A DNA stretch of 64,000 nucleotides from Octopus vulgaris (lineage: Eukaryota): NCBI GenBank assembly GCA_951406725.2, contig OX597826.1, positions 70,742,001 through 70,806,000 of the forward strand, in the 5' to 3' direction. Every line of letters starts with the position of its first letter. Within the stretch, counting starts at the first letter, position 1. The translations under genes and the position numbers were made by a program. The notes under the pieces were generated by a model, which was not told where the DNA came from, did no database searches, and saw only the letters and a list, made by a program, of their open reading frames with translations. Positions 37,345-52,481 of the stretch are shown piece after piece.

Positions 37345-37901
37345 AGGTGGTGGTGGTGGTGGGGCTATGGTGGTAGTGGTGGTGGTGGTGGCGGTGGTGG
37401 TGGTGAGGAGGTGGTGGTGGTGGTAGCGGCGGTGGTGAGGGAATGATAGTGGAGGTATGATAGTGAGGGAATGATAGTGGTGGTGGTAGCGGTGGCGGCG
37501 GCGGCGGCGGCGGTGGGGATAGTGGTGATGGTGGTGGTGGTATGTTGAGGGAGTGTTGGTGAGGGAGCGGTGATGAGGGAGTGATAGTAGAGGTAGTGGT
37601 ATGGTAGTAGTGAGGTGGTGGTGGTGGTGGTTGAAGTGGTAAGAGTTGTAGGCATGTAGTGTTTATAGTGGAAATCTAGCCGTGGCGGCCCCCATGGCGT
37701 CGGTGACGTGGGCGCTGGCGGTGGTGGCGAAGGCTTTCGTGGTGTTGGTTGAAGTGGTGGTGGTGGTGACAGAGACAGAGAGGTTAAGTTCTGTGTAGCA
37801 GGAAAGAAAAAAAACACCCAAAAGCAACATGTATAAGAACACCAACATTACGAACACCAATATCATCATCATCATCAACAACAACAACAACAACAACAAC
37901 G

Positions 37902-37945
<44 letters not shown>

Positions 37946-38566
37946 AGTAGCAATTAGCAGCAACACAAACAAAAAATAATTTCAAGAAAAACAACACCGA
38001 AAGCTGTAATAAACAATAGCAATAACAACATTCACAACATCAACAACAATAATAACAACAAAAGCAATCACAACAACAACAGCAACAACATCAGCATGAG
38101 TCAAGGGAGCATTTCTGTAACCGCTACACTTGCTAGAAATGATAGTCGAATCGGACATAAATCATAATTCTGCCTTGTTATATAAGAAAAGATGTTAAAT
38201 AAAGTATTGTAGTCTTTAAACGATATGGTGGTCATGGTCGGGATGCCTTTGATCTGTACCTGGAGCCCACCCACCCCCAAAAGATAAATAGAACCACACC
38301 TCATCATCATCATCATCATCAAGATCAACAACAGTTATCATCACCTTCATCATTATCATCACTATTGTAAATAGTCCTCATAAACACTATCATCATCATC
38401 ATCATTATCATCACCAAAATCGTCGTCGTCATCATCATCATCATCATCATCATCATCACCATCATCATCATCAACATCATCCTTCACCATCCTTCATCAT
38501 CATCATCATCATCCTCACCCTTATCATCATCACCATCATCATCATCAACATCATCCTTCATCATCC

Positions 38567-38601
<35 letters not shown>

Positions 38602-38623
38602 TGTCATCATCATTATCATCAAC

Positions 38624-38669
<46 letters not shown>

Positions 38670-39200
38670 CCAACAACTCGGTCAACATTCCCATCACCAT
38701 CATAATCATCACGAACAGCGACCACCCCCACCATCACCATCATCGTCATCATCATTATCGTTACCATCATAATCATCATCATAAACATCAGCAACAACGA
38801 CGGCCACCACCACCACCACCACCACCACCACCACTGCCATCAACATCATCAGCATCACACACACACACACACACCACCGCCATCGCCAGCACCACCACCG
38901 TCGCCGCCTCGGCCGCCGCCACCAACACCATTATCATCAACAACAACAACAACACGAACAATGTCGCTTACTAACGAAAATATATTAGGAAAACTAGAAA
39001 AATCCGGGGTTTTGTCATACATCTCCAAACTCAGCAGCGAAAGCACTAGTAGTATTAGTATTAGAAGAAGCAGCAGCGGCAGAAGCAGCAGCAGCAGCTG
39101 CAGTATCAGCAACATCAACTGCAGCAGCAGCAGCAGCAGCCGCGGTAGTAGCAGTAGTAGTAGTAGCTGTGAAAACAGCAACATTAGCTGCAAAAGGACA
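37345..39200. repeat. Block of degenerate trinucleotide repeats (GGT, CAA, CTA, CAT, CAC, CAG)
   Basis: Direct reading. Confidence 0.9.
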
Positions 39201-39320
39201 GGAGAAAGAGCGTCGTGCAAGGTATATATATAAATATGTAAATAGAGGACGAGAGAGAGAGTGAGAATCAAACAGATATATATATATATCTATATATATA
39301 TATGTATACATACATAGGAA

Positions 39321-39416
<96 letters not shown>

Positions 39417-39480
39417 ACATATGTACACATGTATTTATGTATTATATGTATACTTGTTTGCGCATACATTTGTGTATATG

Positions 39481-39533
<53 letters not shown>

Positions 39534-39724
39534 GTATGTATATATATATAGATAGATAGATAGATATATGTATATATATATATATACATATATTCATATA
39601 TGATATGCATAATTCTGCATATGTATATATGAGTTTATATCTACATATGTGTGTGTGTATGTATATATATTCATAAGTACACAAAAAATTTTATGCACAA
39701 ATATTATATAATATAGTATAATAT

Positions 39725-39803
<79 letters not shown>

Positions 39804-39888
39804 TTATACATGTGTGCCTGTGTATAAGTTTTTATATGTATAGATATGTATGCAGCTGTGTGTATAATTTTGTGTGTATATGTATATA

Positions 39889-39942
<54 letters not shown>

Positions 39943-40116
39943 AACGGGTATATATATATACACACAGAAGCATTAAAATATGTGCGCGTATGCGTTTGTG
40001 TTGATTTGTGCGTTTTATTGAATTGTTTTGTGTTTTTCGACACCCCACATTAGCTATCAAGACCATCAGCACCACCGCCACCACCAACAACAGCATCATC
40101 CTCCTCATCTTCATCG

Positions 40117-40160
<44 letters not shown>

Positions 40161-40389
40161 GGCATCAAAGACAACGACGACAACAATACCCACAATATCA
40201 CCAACGTCTCCATTGACACTTGCTACCCCTTTTTGCCCCCGAGGGTCCATGTACACAAAAAGCTCGACCTGCTAGCAATAGCAGATAATTCATCCTGAAA
40301 AACAATCCCCTAAGTATGTCCAAAAGAAAAAAAAAGAAAAAAAAAAGCAAAGAAACAGAAAAGAATGCAAAAACACACGTGAAGGGTTG

Positions 40390-40870
40390 TATTTGATATT
40401 GTAGTCCTAGGTAGAGTACATCTGAAAAAAATTAATTAATTAATTTATTAATTTATTAATTGATTGATTAAAATAAGGAGGTGATGGGTACAACTGGAAC
40501 GTCTTTGATCATAGGTCTGCTCCATCAGATTTGACCAGGAGGTACACAAAAAGCACATCAGCAACAGGAACAACAAACCTATGACATTATGGACAGGAAT
40601 GACCACACTGTCAACCTGCCTAAGAACAACAACAACAACAACAGACCACGCAATGATTCTATAACCACACGGGCCAAAACGGAGCTAAGAGGAAATAGCC
40701 AAGTCTCCCTCAAACCACAACCTACTAAGGAACTAAGGATTCATTGAATTTTGTAGTCCTAGATACATTATGTCCGAGGATTAAAAAAAAACAAACAAAA
40801 AAAATTAAATGAAATAGGCTTTGATCGTCATCCACCTACCGCTCAGGTCTGTCCTAGGGCTAAAACAACA
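40390..40870 (+). mobile_element. Two diverged copies of a further retroposon 3' segment with CAA-type tail
   Basis: Motifs tgtagtcctag and ctttgatcataggtctgct. Related pieces at about 38130-38285, 53430-53640 (-) and 63850-64000. Confidence 0.55.
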
Positions 40871-40979
40871 AAAATTATTGATATTTGTAGAAGTCAACAT
40901 CACCGTTTGTTGACTCAGAACCGGCATCATCACCACAACATCACAATACAGTCACTATAACGTTTCTACACTGTGCTCA

Positions 40980-41812
40980 CGGCTACCACCACCACCACCA
41001 CCACCAATACTACTTCAGCAGACATCACATCATCACTACCACCACCACCACCACCACCATCATCAAAATCCTCATCATCATTATCATCAAAATCATCATC
41101 AGCCCCTTTAATGTCACTACTACCACCTCAACCACAATAAGAAAACATACACACACGCATACATACACATCCCCCACCACTACCACTACCACTACCACCA
41201 CCACCACCACCACCAATAACAACAACAACCACGACAACAATAGCATCATCATCATAATCATCATCATCACCACAACATTCGTCACAACACGCACCAAGAC
41301 TTACTATCACCTATGCCATCACAAATCACATTACCACCATCACCACCTTCAACTACTACAGTCACAATACACAATACCTCCACCACCACTGCTACTACAA
41401 TCACATCACACTACCACCATAATCACGACACATACCATCACTACTACCACCGCAACCACCACCAATAACAACAACACTGCCATCGCCATCACCTAAAAAC
41501 ACTACTACCTCTACCACAGCTACCATAATCGCGACATACCACCACTAAGATCGCACACCACTATCGCAACTACCAGAACCACAATACACATCAACTACCA
41601 CCATCGCTACTACCATCGCTACCACCACTACTAACACCATTACCACTACAATAATTACACAATACACGCCAGAACCACCAGCAAATCAATTACCGCCGCC
41701 ACCAACACCCTCAATAGCGAAACTACAACCACTACTGTTACCATCAATACCACCACTACCACCACTACCACTACTAGCCCTACCACCGCCGCCAACACCG
41801 CCGCGCCGCCAC
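40980..41812. repeat. Degenerate (ACC/ACT/ACA)n low-complexity tract
   Basis: Direct reading, with recurring acaatcacaacac-like subunits. Confidence 0.85.
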
Positions 41813-42013
41813 CTTTAATATTTCAATTTATATAGAAAAATGATTGCATACTCGTTTTAGTGAAGCGTATTCCCGCCACTTGCTGAATATATATTTTATA
41901 CACGAGTATATATACACACACGTGCGTGCGTGTGTGCACGCCTGTGTGTATGTGTGTGTGTATGATTCTGTGTGTGTGAGTTTGTGTGTATAAATGTATA
42001 TGTGTGTCTACGC

Positions 42014-42108
<95 letters not shown>

Positions 42109-42275
42109 CATATACGATCTTTTGGACGTTGGCTGTGTGATGAGGAAGTAGCAACGTATTATCCTGTTTGTTAAATTTATGAAATATATGTACATATATA
42201 TATATTTGCATATATATATGTATATATATACATATATATATATATCAATATTCATATATATGTGTGAGTGTATAT

Positions 42276-42401
42276 AGCTCCGCTCGAAACGTTAAACCCT
42301 CCTTCTTTCTTTCCTTTCCTGAGCGTCCAATAACACTATACTTGTTCCACGTCCTCGCGTTGTTGTGTTTTCTCTTTGTGTTTTCATGTTTGGATTAACT
42401 T
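42276..42401 (+). mobile_element. Penelope-like terminal fragment in (TA)n, truncated inside the hammerhead-like motif
   Basis: gctcGAAACGTT...ttcctgagcgtc..taacac, homologous to the 16930 and 24677 fragments. Confidence 0.6.
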
Positions 42402-43074
42402 TATATATATGTATATATATTTGCATATATATATGTATATATACATATATATATACACACACACATATACATATATACACATATACATATATATACACAC
42501 ACACACATATATATATATTTATATATATATGTAGACAAAAAGAGAGAGAAAAGAGAGAGAGAGAGAGAGAGTGCAAATATGCATTCACACACGCTCTAAC
42601 ATATTTGGACAGTAAAAAATATTACGATTCCAAGTTTTACCCTTCGTTATAAGAGCACCTCTTTTCAAAGTTGGTACTGTATCGCCACTATATCAATCAC
42701 AAGATTCCATATTTTTAGTACCAGTCATACATACGTTGATTCACTCAGATGTATAACTTTAACTCACTTTATATTTAAAACGTTTGCATTGCTCTTAGGC
42801 CTTGGTTTACATATTCTATTAGTATGCTTAGATTATCTGCGTGTCTTTGTGTCTGTAATGTATTAAAGTGTGGTCATGGCTATATGTATGCACACAAATA
42901 CACACACATACATATACATAGATATCTATATATATACGCATACATATATATGTATATATACAAATGTGTGTGTATGTATATATATATATGTATATATATA
43001 AACTTATGCGTATATACATATTCATAAACTTATATAAATATAGACATCTGATTTTGCTTATAGGTATATGAACG

Positions 43075-43128
<54 letters not shown>

Positions 43129-43199
43129 CATAGATATGTGTGTGTGTGTGTGTGCATAGATATATGTGTGTATATATGTGTTTGTCTGTGTGTGTGTGC

Positions 43200-43507
43200 G
43201 GTTGCCTCCCACATGGTTCCAGGTTCAGTCCGTCCCACTGCATGGCACCTTGGGCGACTGTCTACTGCTATAATCTTGAGCTGACCAAAGCCTTGTCAGT
43301 GGATTTGGTAGATGGAAACTGAAAGAAACCCGTCGTGTGTATGTTGGTGTTTTTCCGTCCCCTTAATTTAGTAGTTATACAAAAGAGACCGATAGAATAA
43401 GTACCAGCCTTGCAAAAAATTAGTCTTAGGGTCGATTTCTTCGAATAAAATGTGGTGCTCCAGCATGGCTGCAGTCAGATGACTGAAAGAAGAAAAACAA
43501 AAGAATA
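43200..43507 (+). mobile_element. Diverged SINE family B
   Basis: Consensus match. Confidence 0.8.
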
Positions 43508-43729
43508 CATATAATCAGCGTTATATCGATGGATATAGATATAGATGCAAATGTGTGTATAACTATAAGTATTTACACACACACATAAATATATATGCAT
43601 GAATGTAAATATATGTAAAGAAAGTTTTTCACATAACGAACGGCTGCGAATTTATGTCCTTCTCGGTGATATAAAATGTCCACCTTATGCATATATGTAT
43701 ATATATATATACATACATACATATATTTA

Positions 43730-43830
43730 AGGAGATTCCGAAAAGTTCTTGGCTTTGGGTAAACGAAAATATAGGAGGATAAGTAAATTATGATTTTATT
43801 CAATATATTCCCCTCTCAGATTCACACATT
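43730..43830 (-). mobile_element. Mariner 3' end, same family as 4354-4520
   Basis: gaaaagttcttggctttgggtaaa..ggaggat..ttatgattttattc. Confidence 0.75.
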
Positions 43831-44489
43831 GCATATGTATAATATATAAATGAGGTTAGCTATATCAAACTTCATTCTTCACCAAAGTGCCACTTATTAG
43901 AGGAGGCTTTTAGTAATAACAGTGTAGCAAAACGGCGGTGCATCAGCATGGCCACAGCTCTGAGGTGAAACTAGACAGAAAAATTATATATATATATATA
44001 TATATGTAAACAGGAAATGGAGAAATATTGATCAACAAAAATTGGCTGACATCAATTATTTTTTAATAAATAATTAATAATAATTGATGTAAGTCAATTG
44101 TTTTTTATCAATATTTCTCCATTTTCTGTTTACATTAAATTTGATTCCTGATAAACTCATGTTTATCTTTGTCATTACCTGTAATCTATGAGCATAATAG
44201 GCTTGCATACGTATGTCCATAGTCAACATAAGTAATTATACCGATAGTATGATGGATACTTCTATCCCTTAGACGGTTACTCCAACGTCTAACTATACTA
44301 ACCTTATATATATATGTATATATATATACATATATACACATATACAAACATGCGTATTTACATACACCAGTATGCGCATACATACTTGATATAACTTAGA
44401 AAAATCCTTATAGATGCAAGAATATGCTTGTGATCTAGCGTAGGCCTGTATGAATGTATATATCTTCGTACTTATGTATCTATGCATGC

Positions 44490-44534
<45 letters not shown>

Positions 44535-44536
<2 letters not shown>

Positions 44537-44742
44537 GTAATCCCTCGACTATTGCGGTTTTTACGTTCCCAAACCCCTCGAGATATGTGAAAATCTACGA
44601 AGTATAAACAGTACTGTAGTGTATATATATTTTTTTTATTATCATAATTTGTATATATTTATTCATTATAAATGCAAAACAACACCGTAGAATAGGACAA
44701 GTAGACGCGATAGGGAAACCAGAATATGGCGAGGGAATATTG
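44535..44742. mobile_element. Tigger/pogo-type MITE
   Basis: TIRs cagtaatccctcgactattgcgg / tatggcgagggaatattg-TA. A related copy lies at 62337-62556. Confidence 0.75.
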
Positions 44743-44761
44743 TATGTATATATATATATAA

Positions 44762-44861
<100 letters not shown>

Positions 44862-44990
44862 ACCCACTCTTTTCCATCGAGGACGTATATGCCCCAGTTA
44901 GTCAATACACGGTGCTCGCGAATATGTTTTATGCTTATAAATATCATTGTTATTTACATAATTGTCACTCGTCACCACTTCTCCAATTAT

Positions 44991-45051
<61 letters not shown>

Positions 45052-45096
45052 ATGTATGTATGTATGTATGTATGTATGTATGTATGTATGTATGTA

Positions 45097-45128
<32 letters not shown>

Positions 45129-45148
45129 ATGTAAATATACATATATAC

Positions 45149-45543
45149 AGGCGCAGGAGTGGCTGCGTGATAAGTAGCTTCCTTACCAAGCACATGTCTC
45201 CGGGTTCAGTCCCACTGAGTGACATCTTGAGCAAAGCCGTGTGAGTGGATTTGGTTGACGGAAACTGAAAGAAACCCGTCGTCGCATCTTGTCATTACCT
45301 TCGCAACGCGGAGTAGACGAAACAGGGACAACTGAAGAAGGGGAATATTCCTTGTGTTGTATGTCGTCTACTCTGTTTTTTCATTGTTTGAAAAATAGTT
45401 CGTTTCCATGTCTTTGTTTTATGTTTTCGTTTCTCATTGTTCTACATATATTTGATGTCCTGTACCCATATATGCATGTATATACACATATAAATGTAGG
45501 TATGTAAATATATGTATGTATATATGCATATATTTATATATCA

Positions 45544-45588
<45 letters not shown>

Positions 45589-45803
45589 TTGTTTGTGTCT
45601 GTGTTTGTCCTCCCCACCATCATTTGACAACCGATGTTGGTGTGTTTATGTCCCTGTAACTTCGCGGTCCGGCTTGAGGGAACGATAGAATTAGTACTAG
45701 GCTTACAAAGAATAAGTCCTTGTCTCTGTTTGTTCGACTAAAGACTCCAGTATGGTCGCAGTCAAATGACTGAAGCAAATAAACGGATAAAAGAATAAAA
45801 GAA
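45149..45803 (+). mobile_element. SINE family B carrying an insertion of about 200 bp at its internal microsatellite
   Basis: 5' half to 45282, foreign sequence at about 45285-45470, then TA/TG repeats and the 3' half. Confidence 0.8.
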
Positions 45804-45857
45804 TATACGTATATGTACATGTATATATATTTATACATATGCATATATATACATATA

Positions 45858-45888
<31 letters not shown>

Positions 45889-45895
45889 GTATGTG

Positions 45896-45940
<45 letters not shown>

Positions 45941-46018
45941 ATATATATACATATGTGTATATATATATACACACATATATATACATATGTATATATATAT
46001 ATACACACATATATATAC

Positions 46019-46171
<153 letters not shown>

Positions 46172-46234
46172 GTATGTGTATATATATATATATATATACA
46201 TATGTATGTGTATATATATATATATATACATATG

Positions 46235-46277
<43 letters not shown>

Positions 46278-46847
46278 GCATACATATATATATACGCACA
46301 CATATATATAAGCAAGCTTCTATGTTGTTATATACACACACGCAAGTACACACACATATACACATGCACGAGCACACACATACATGCACACAAAAACACG
46401 TATGCACACGTGTATCTGTGTAAATATTATATAATATCTATCTGTATAAATATTCACGCACTTGCAGTTGTATGCATAAATTTATGTAAATATCTATGAA
46501 GGCATAACACCATAGAAAAAGACCTGTTTAAGATACTCTTGTTATAAAAAAAAATATGTTAAGTTGAGGTCCTTATGATTTTTCTTCGTCAAGGTCATTT
46601 ACCAGACCCGTAGCAAGGGTCAAGAAGGGTCAACAAGGCTCCATTCTCGTCTGTACATTATATAAAAATATGCAATCACCTGAGTAGTTACAATAGGTGA
46701 AAATCGAGTCGTGAGTGGAATTAGCATATCATCATGAATTTATGTATAGATTAATAAATTCAGCACCACATATTGAGTACTATCTTCCCCTTTTGTTTTC
46801 AAACTTTAGTTTTGGAAGTAAGCATTTATGTACGTGTTTATGCACGC

Positions 46848-46878
<31 letters not shown>

Positions 46879-47146
46879 TGTATGTATGTATGTATGTATG
46901 TATGTATGTATGTATGTATGTATGTATGTATGTATGTACGTGTGTGTGTGTATGTATGTATGTATGTATGTATGTATGTATGTATGTATGTATGTACGTA
47001 TGTATGTATATACGTATGTACGTGTTTATGTACGCATGTATGTATGTATATTGGTATATATGTATGTATGTATGTATGTATATATCTATGTATCTATGTA
47101 TACGTGTATGTATCTATGTATGTACGCATGTATGTATGTATATTGG

Positions 47147-47180
<34 letters not shown>

Positions 47181-47266
47181 TGTATGTATGTATGTATGTA
47201 TATATCTATGTATCTATGTATACGTGTATGTATCTATGTATGTACGCATGTATGTATGTATATTGG

Positions 47267-47300
<34 letters not shown>

Positions 47301-47402
47301 TGTATGTATGTATGTATGTATGTATGTATGTATGTATATATCTATGTATCTATGTATACGTGTATGTATCTATGTATGTACGCATGTATGTATGTATATT
47401 GG

Positions 47403-47436
<34 letters not shown>

Positions 47437-47890
47437 TGTATGTATGTATGTATGTATGTATATATCTATGTATCTATGTATACGTGTATGTATTTTCGAA
47501 TACCATGTCAGCATGTGTGTATACACCACCACCTACATATACACACACATATATACACACAGACATATGCATGTATATCAATAAAAACCATTTCTCTGTA
47601 TTGCAGATTAAATTTGTTTACAAAATTATAATTTTGTATATTTGTATGTATACATGGGCATACGTATATACATGCGTGTATGTATGTATGTATGTATGTA
47701 TGTATGTATGTATGTATGTATGTATGTATGTATGTATGTATGTATGTATGTATACATGTATGTGTGTGTGTATGTGTGTAGATAGACAGACAAACAGACA
47801 GACAGATAGATCGAGATAGATAGATTGACAGACAGACAGATAGATAGAGATAGATAGATTGATAGACAGACAGACAGACAGAAATATAGA

Positions 47891-47930
<40 letters not shown>

Positions 47931-48058
47931 GTGACAGACTGACAGACAGACAGACAAACAGACAGACAGATAGATCGAGATAGATAGATTGACAGACAGA
48001 CAGATAGATAGATAGAGATAGATAGATTGATAGACAGACAGACAGACAGAAATATAGA

Positions 48059-48099
<41 letters not shown>

Positions 48100-48110
48100 G
48101 GATGGATGGA
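46848..48110. repeat. (TATG)n and (GATA/GACA)n arrays with higher-order duplications
   Basis: A unit of about 95-130 bp occurs four times at 47030-47490. A unit of about 150 bp occurs twice at 47786-48098. Confidence 0.9.
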
Positions 48111-49114
48111 TATGAAGTGAGGGAAGGAGGGAGAGAGGGAAGGAGAGGGAGGAGAAAAGGAGGGTGGGATGGAGGGCGAGATGGAGCGATGGAGGGAGCA
48201 CAGTAGATTTGCCTTTGTCGTATGTCCATGCATACCAATTGGTTCTCCTTACGAAGCAATTCGAAATTACGCGCACTTGGCCACAACTGCGTATGCGCAG
48301 AAAGACCTTTACCAGCAGTAGTCCCAGCACATTATTATGGTCACACTCATGCCTCAACATTGATGCAAACTCCACGCAAACATACACACGCATACGCACA
48401 TAGAAATACACACACACGCACGCGCGCGCACGCACACACACATACACGTACACACCCTTAAAAGTAAACGAAGCGAACACATGCGTGTGTAGACCAACAC
48501 ACAATCACAGGCACATATGTGTTGCGTTGTTTAATATATGTCCGTACCGACGGCCCTTGTCGAGGAGATTTTGTGATCAACGGCGCTCCAGTTGTGGCCA
48601 GCTTGTCAATAGAAGCGGTGGTGGTGGTGGTGGTAGTGTTTTGGCGGTGGTGGGGTTGGTGGTGTTGGGGTTGGTGGTGGTTTGGTTGTGATGGTGGTGA
48701 TGGTGGTGGTGGTTGTGGTGGTGGTGGTGGTGGTGGTGGTGGTGGTGGTGGGAAGAATTTATAGTTGGTCGAGCGACTACGTAAAGTCTCCCTTGAACCC
48801 CTCCCCCCTGACGTATTTCGCTTTTGCGAATTGATAATATGCGTTGCGAGAATCATGCGTGTGTATATAAATATGTATGTGTGTGTGTGTATGTGTGTGC
48901 GTGTGTGTACATGTCTGTGTGTCTGAGTGTCTGTGTGAGTGTATGTCTGTGTGTATGTATGTGTGTTCATATATGTATGTTTACATGTATATATATATGT
49001 GTGTGTATGTATGTATATATGTATATATATATATGTGTGTGTGTGTATGTGTGTATGCATATATATACGTCTGTATTTATGTATGTGTGTGTGTGTTGTA
49101 TGTGTACACAAGTC

Positions 49115-49151
<37 letters not shown>

Positions 49152-49483
49152 TCGTGCATTAGTGAATTTATATAAGTCATTTTCGTTCTTAAATTCTTTG
49201 AAATTTTCTGATAAGGAAGAATTTGTTTTGCAACTAAGAGACGCAGCGCCATTTTTGGAATTAAGAAAACCACAACACAACAACGATGGAACGTTATGTG
49301 CACTTTAGAAATGTCTTACATATTTTTAACGTTCTCTATACAGCGGATATTCGCAAAGTGCGTGTTAACTGATCACTTTATTTTTGGCTAGAAAACCACA
49401 ACTTTTCCAGATAATAAACACAGATTTTCTTATTGAACATAGTACACCAACAATTATGATTACACATGCAATTTGATAATGCA

Positions 49484-49952
49484 CTGTAAATCCTCGAGTA
49501 TAGTCCGCCCTTGCAGGGGATTTTTAGGGGGGCTGTACCTCTGAAAAATCTAAACCTTGTGTATAATACGCACCCCTTTTCTAACTTGAGTCAAAGAGGG
49601 CTATATAACGTCCTTGGTTTGTAAAAATGTATACGGTAACATCCTTTATTATTATTGTATATATAACATAATGCAAACGTGTAGCTTTTTTGCGCATTTT
49701 GTTTGAGAAAATAAAGAAATAACAGTTATAGCGTTTAATAAATGTTGCTAACGGCAAGTTATGGATGATTTAAGGTATTTTTGCGCCCGACATCATAAAG
49801 TGCGTCTGAATAAACATTGCCGGACAGCAAATAGAGGCTCGGACATTGCTTAGAAAATAATTTTAATTTTTAACTTCGTATATAGTACGCACTAGGGATT
49901 TTGACTCTTAAATTTTGGGAAAAAAGTGCGGATTATACTCAGGGATTTATGG
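49484..49952. mobile_element. pogo/Tc2-type MITE (about 470 bp)
   Basis: TIRs ctgtaaatcctcgagtatagtccgc / gcggattatactcagggatttatgg-TA. Confidence 0.8.
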
Positions 49953-50390
49953 TATACGTGTAAGCTTGCATGTCTGTGTATATGTATGAATGGATGAATA
50001 AATATATGTATGTGTATACAGTTGTTTACGTATGGGTATATACGCATGTGTGTGGATATGCGCACGCGCAAGTGTTTGTGTGCGCGCGCGCGTGTGTGTA
50101 CGTACGTGTGTGTGTGTATACAGGTTTAAACTTCTAATTTATGGATAATGTTGAAGGTATGAATATATGTGTGTATAAATGTACGTGAGTTGACGTTCGT
50201 GTGCGTTTGCTTATGGATATACATACAAATTTATAATTTATGTACATATATAGAGAAATCTATCTATCTATAAGTGTATTTACATAGATGTTTCTGTGCG
50301 CGTGCATTTATCGATACACATATTTGTATAAATTATGCGCATATATATATGCATACATGACTCTTTCTGTGTTAGTCTCTCACACTCTAA

Positions 50391-50432
<42 letters not shown>

Positions 50433-50572
50433 TTTTTCTTTCTTTTTTACGATCCCTTTTGATCGAAAACCTACCCACCCTTTTTTCTTTTACCTTTTTT
50501 TCTCTCCCCCAAAAGAAAAGCTCTACTTTGTAATTTGTCCCCTCTGTGTTCAGCCCTGTGTGTCTAATAAAC

Positions 50573-50629
<57 letters not shown>

Positions 50630-50657
50630 CATGTTTACATGTGTAATGTCTTTAATG

Positions 50658-50850
50658 TGCAATGGCCTAGTGGTTATCGCGGTCGCAGGATCGAGGTTTC
50701 GATTCTCAGACTGGGCGTTGTGTGTGTTTATTGAGCGAAAACACCTAAAAGCTCTACGAGGCTCTGGCAGGGGGTGGTGATCCCTGCTGTACTCTTTCAC
50801 CACAATGGCGGTGCCCCAGCATGGCCACAGCTCAAGAGCTGAAACTGGAA
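50658..50850 (+). mobile_element. Chimeric SINE: family C head plus family B-type tail
   Basis: The C body stops at ctctttcaccacaa and is followed by ggcggtgccccagcatggccacagctcaagagctgaaac. Confidence 0.7.
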
Positions 50851-51651
50851 AAACAAAAAACAAAAAAAAAAAAATATTCGCTCTTATATTTACGGACCAC
50901 CGAGAACATTATCAAATGTAAGTCTTCCGAATATCTTCTATTTCTCTAGTGACGAAACGATTCCTGTTTGACATATCGATCGATCACCGAAGCTTGCAGC
51001 CACATGGCTGCCGCCATGTTGTTCAAACAATAAACATATAGATATTCAAGCATACATGGGTGCAGGTAGAGTAGCGTGGCTAGGACGTACGCTTCGAAAC
51101 CACTTGGTCTGGGTTTCGATCCTAATGCTTGACGTTTTGGGCACTTATCTTCTTCAATGGCCAAGTGTCGACCTTGTGAATGAGATTTAGTAGACGGGTA
51201 TTGTGCAGAATATTCGCAAAGTGCGTGTTAACATGTATGTATGTATGTATGTATGTATGTATGTATGTATGTATGTATGTATGTGTGTGTGTATGTATGT
51301 ATGTATGTGTGTGTTTGTGTGTGTATGTGTGTGTGTGTGTGTATGTATGCATGTATGTATGTATGTATATATGTATGCATGCATGCACACATATACAATA
51401 TGAAAGTTTTGGGTATTCGGGCAATTATTCGGGAATATAGTACATAAAATTTATCTAAAACATTTTTACAAATGATAACTCTGCGTTTCACATTGCTCGT
51501 CAACATATGTATTTTGTGTGTGTGTTTGTGTGTGTATAATTGCACCCTATACAATTATATATCTTTACATATGTATTTTACCTAAATGGTCTTTTTTATA
51601 TGCTGGCCACTGCTAAAATTCATTAATTTTAACGATTTTATGCTTTATGCT

Positions 51652-51720
<69 letters not shown>

Positions 51721-51877
51721 TACACAGACAGGTACCCTAAATTAATTGTTAGACTGCGCAGAACAAATTAATTAACGTGCAAGTAAAATGCCTTATGAGA
51801 CAATATGGAAACAGATTTTGACAACAAAAAGTAGTTTATGTTGTTACTATTATTATTATCATTACTATTATCATTAC

Positions 51878-51986
<109 letters not shown>

Positions 51987-52481
51987 GCATAATGGTAAAT
52001 TCGATAGAGTAACGGATTAAATGCATAGCCGTATTTAGTCACGTCGATTTATGTTCTGATTTTAAATCCCGCCTGAGTCGATTTTGACTTTCAGTCTTCA
52101 GAGAATCGATAAATTAAAGTACCACTCTAGTATTCGGGTCGATATGATCGTGTATACCCTCCTATAAAATATGTTGTTTCATACCCTACTTTGCCGATCA
52201 TCATTCACCCGGGTCGATAAAATAATTGCCACTATTATACTTGAATTCACAAAGATCTACTCCTCCCACGACCGCCTCTAAGAATGTCTGGCTTTGTTCC
52301 AATATAAGAAATGTTTTGTTTTTGCTATTGAAGACGATGTTCTTTGCTCTTGTTATTGTTGTGGCTGAGTAGTTAAGTTGTCGGGCTTGCAATTATACGG
52401 TCGCGGGTTCGATCCCTGGACGAAATGGCGCGTTGTGTCTTAGAAGAAGGTGTGTTTCATTTCACGTTGCTCTGCTCTACT

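Noticed and set aside
40050-40298. Acidic or His-rich ORFs and a possible minus-strand splice acceptor near 40295
   Set aside because: The region is dominated by (CAT)n, with early stops in the acceptor frames and no recognisable homology.
48200-48620. GC-richer unique islands with short ORFs
   Set aside because: No recognisable protein motif or exon boundaries. They could be regulatory but this cannot be shown from sequence alone.
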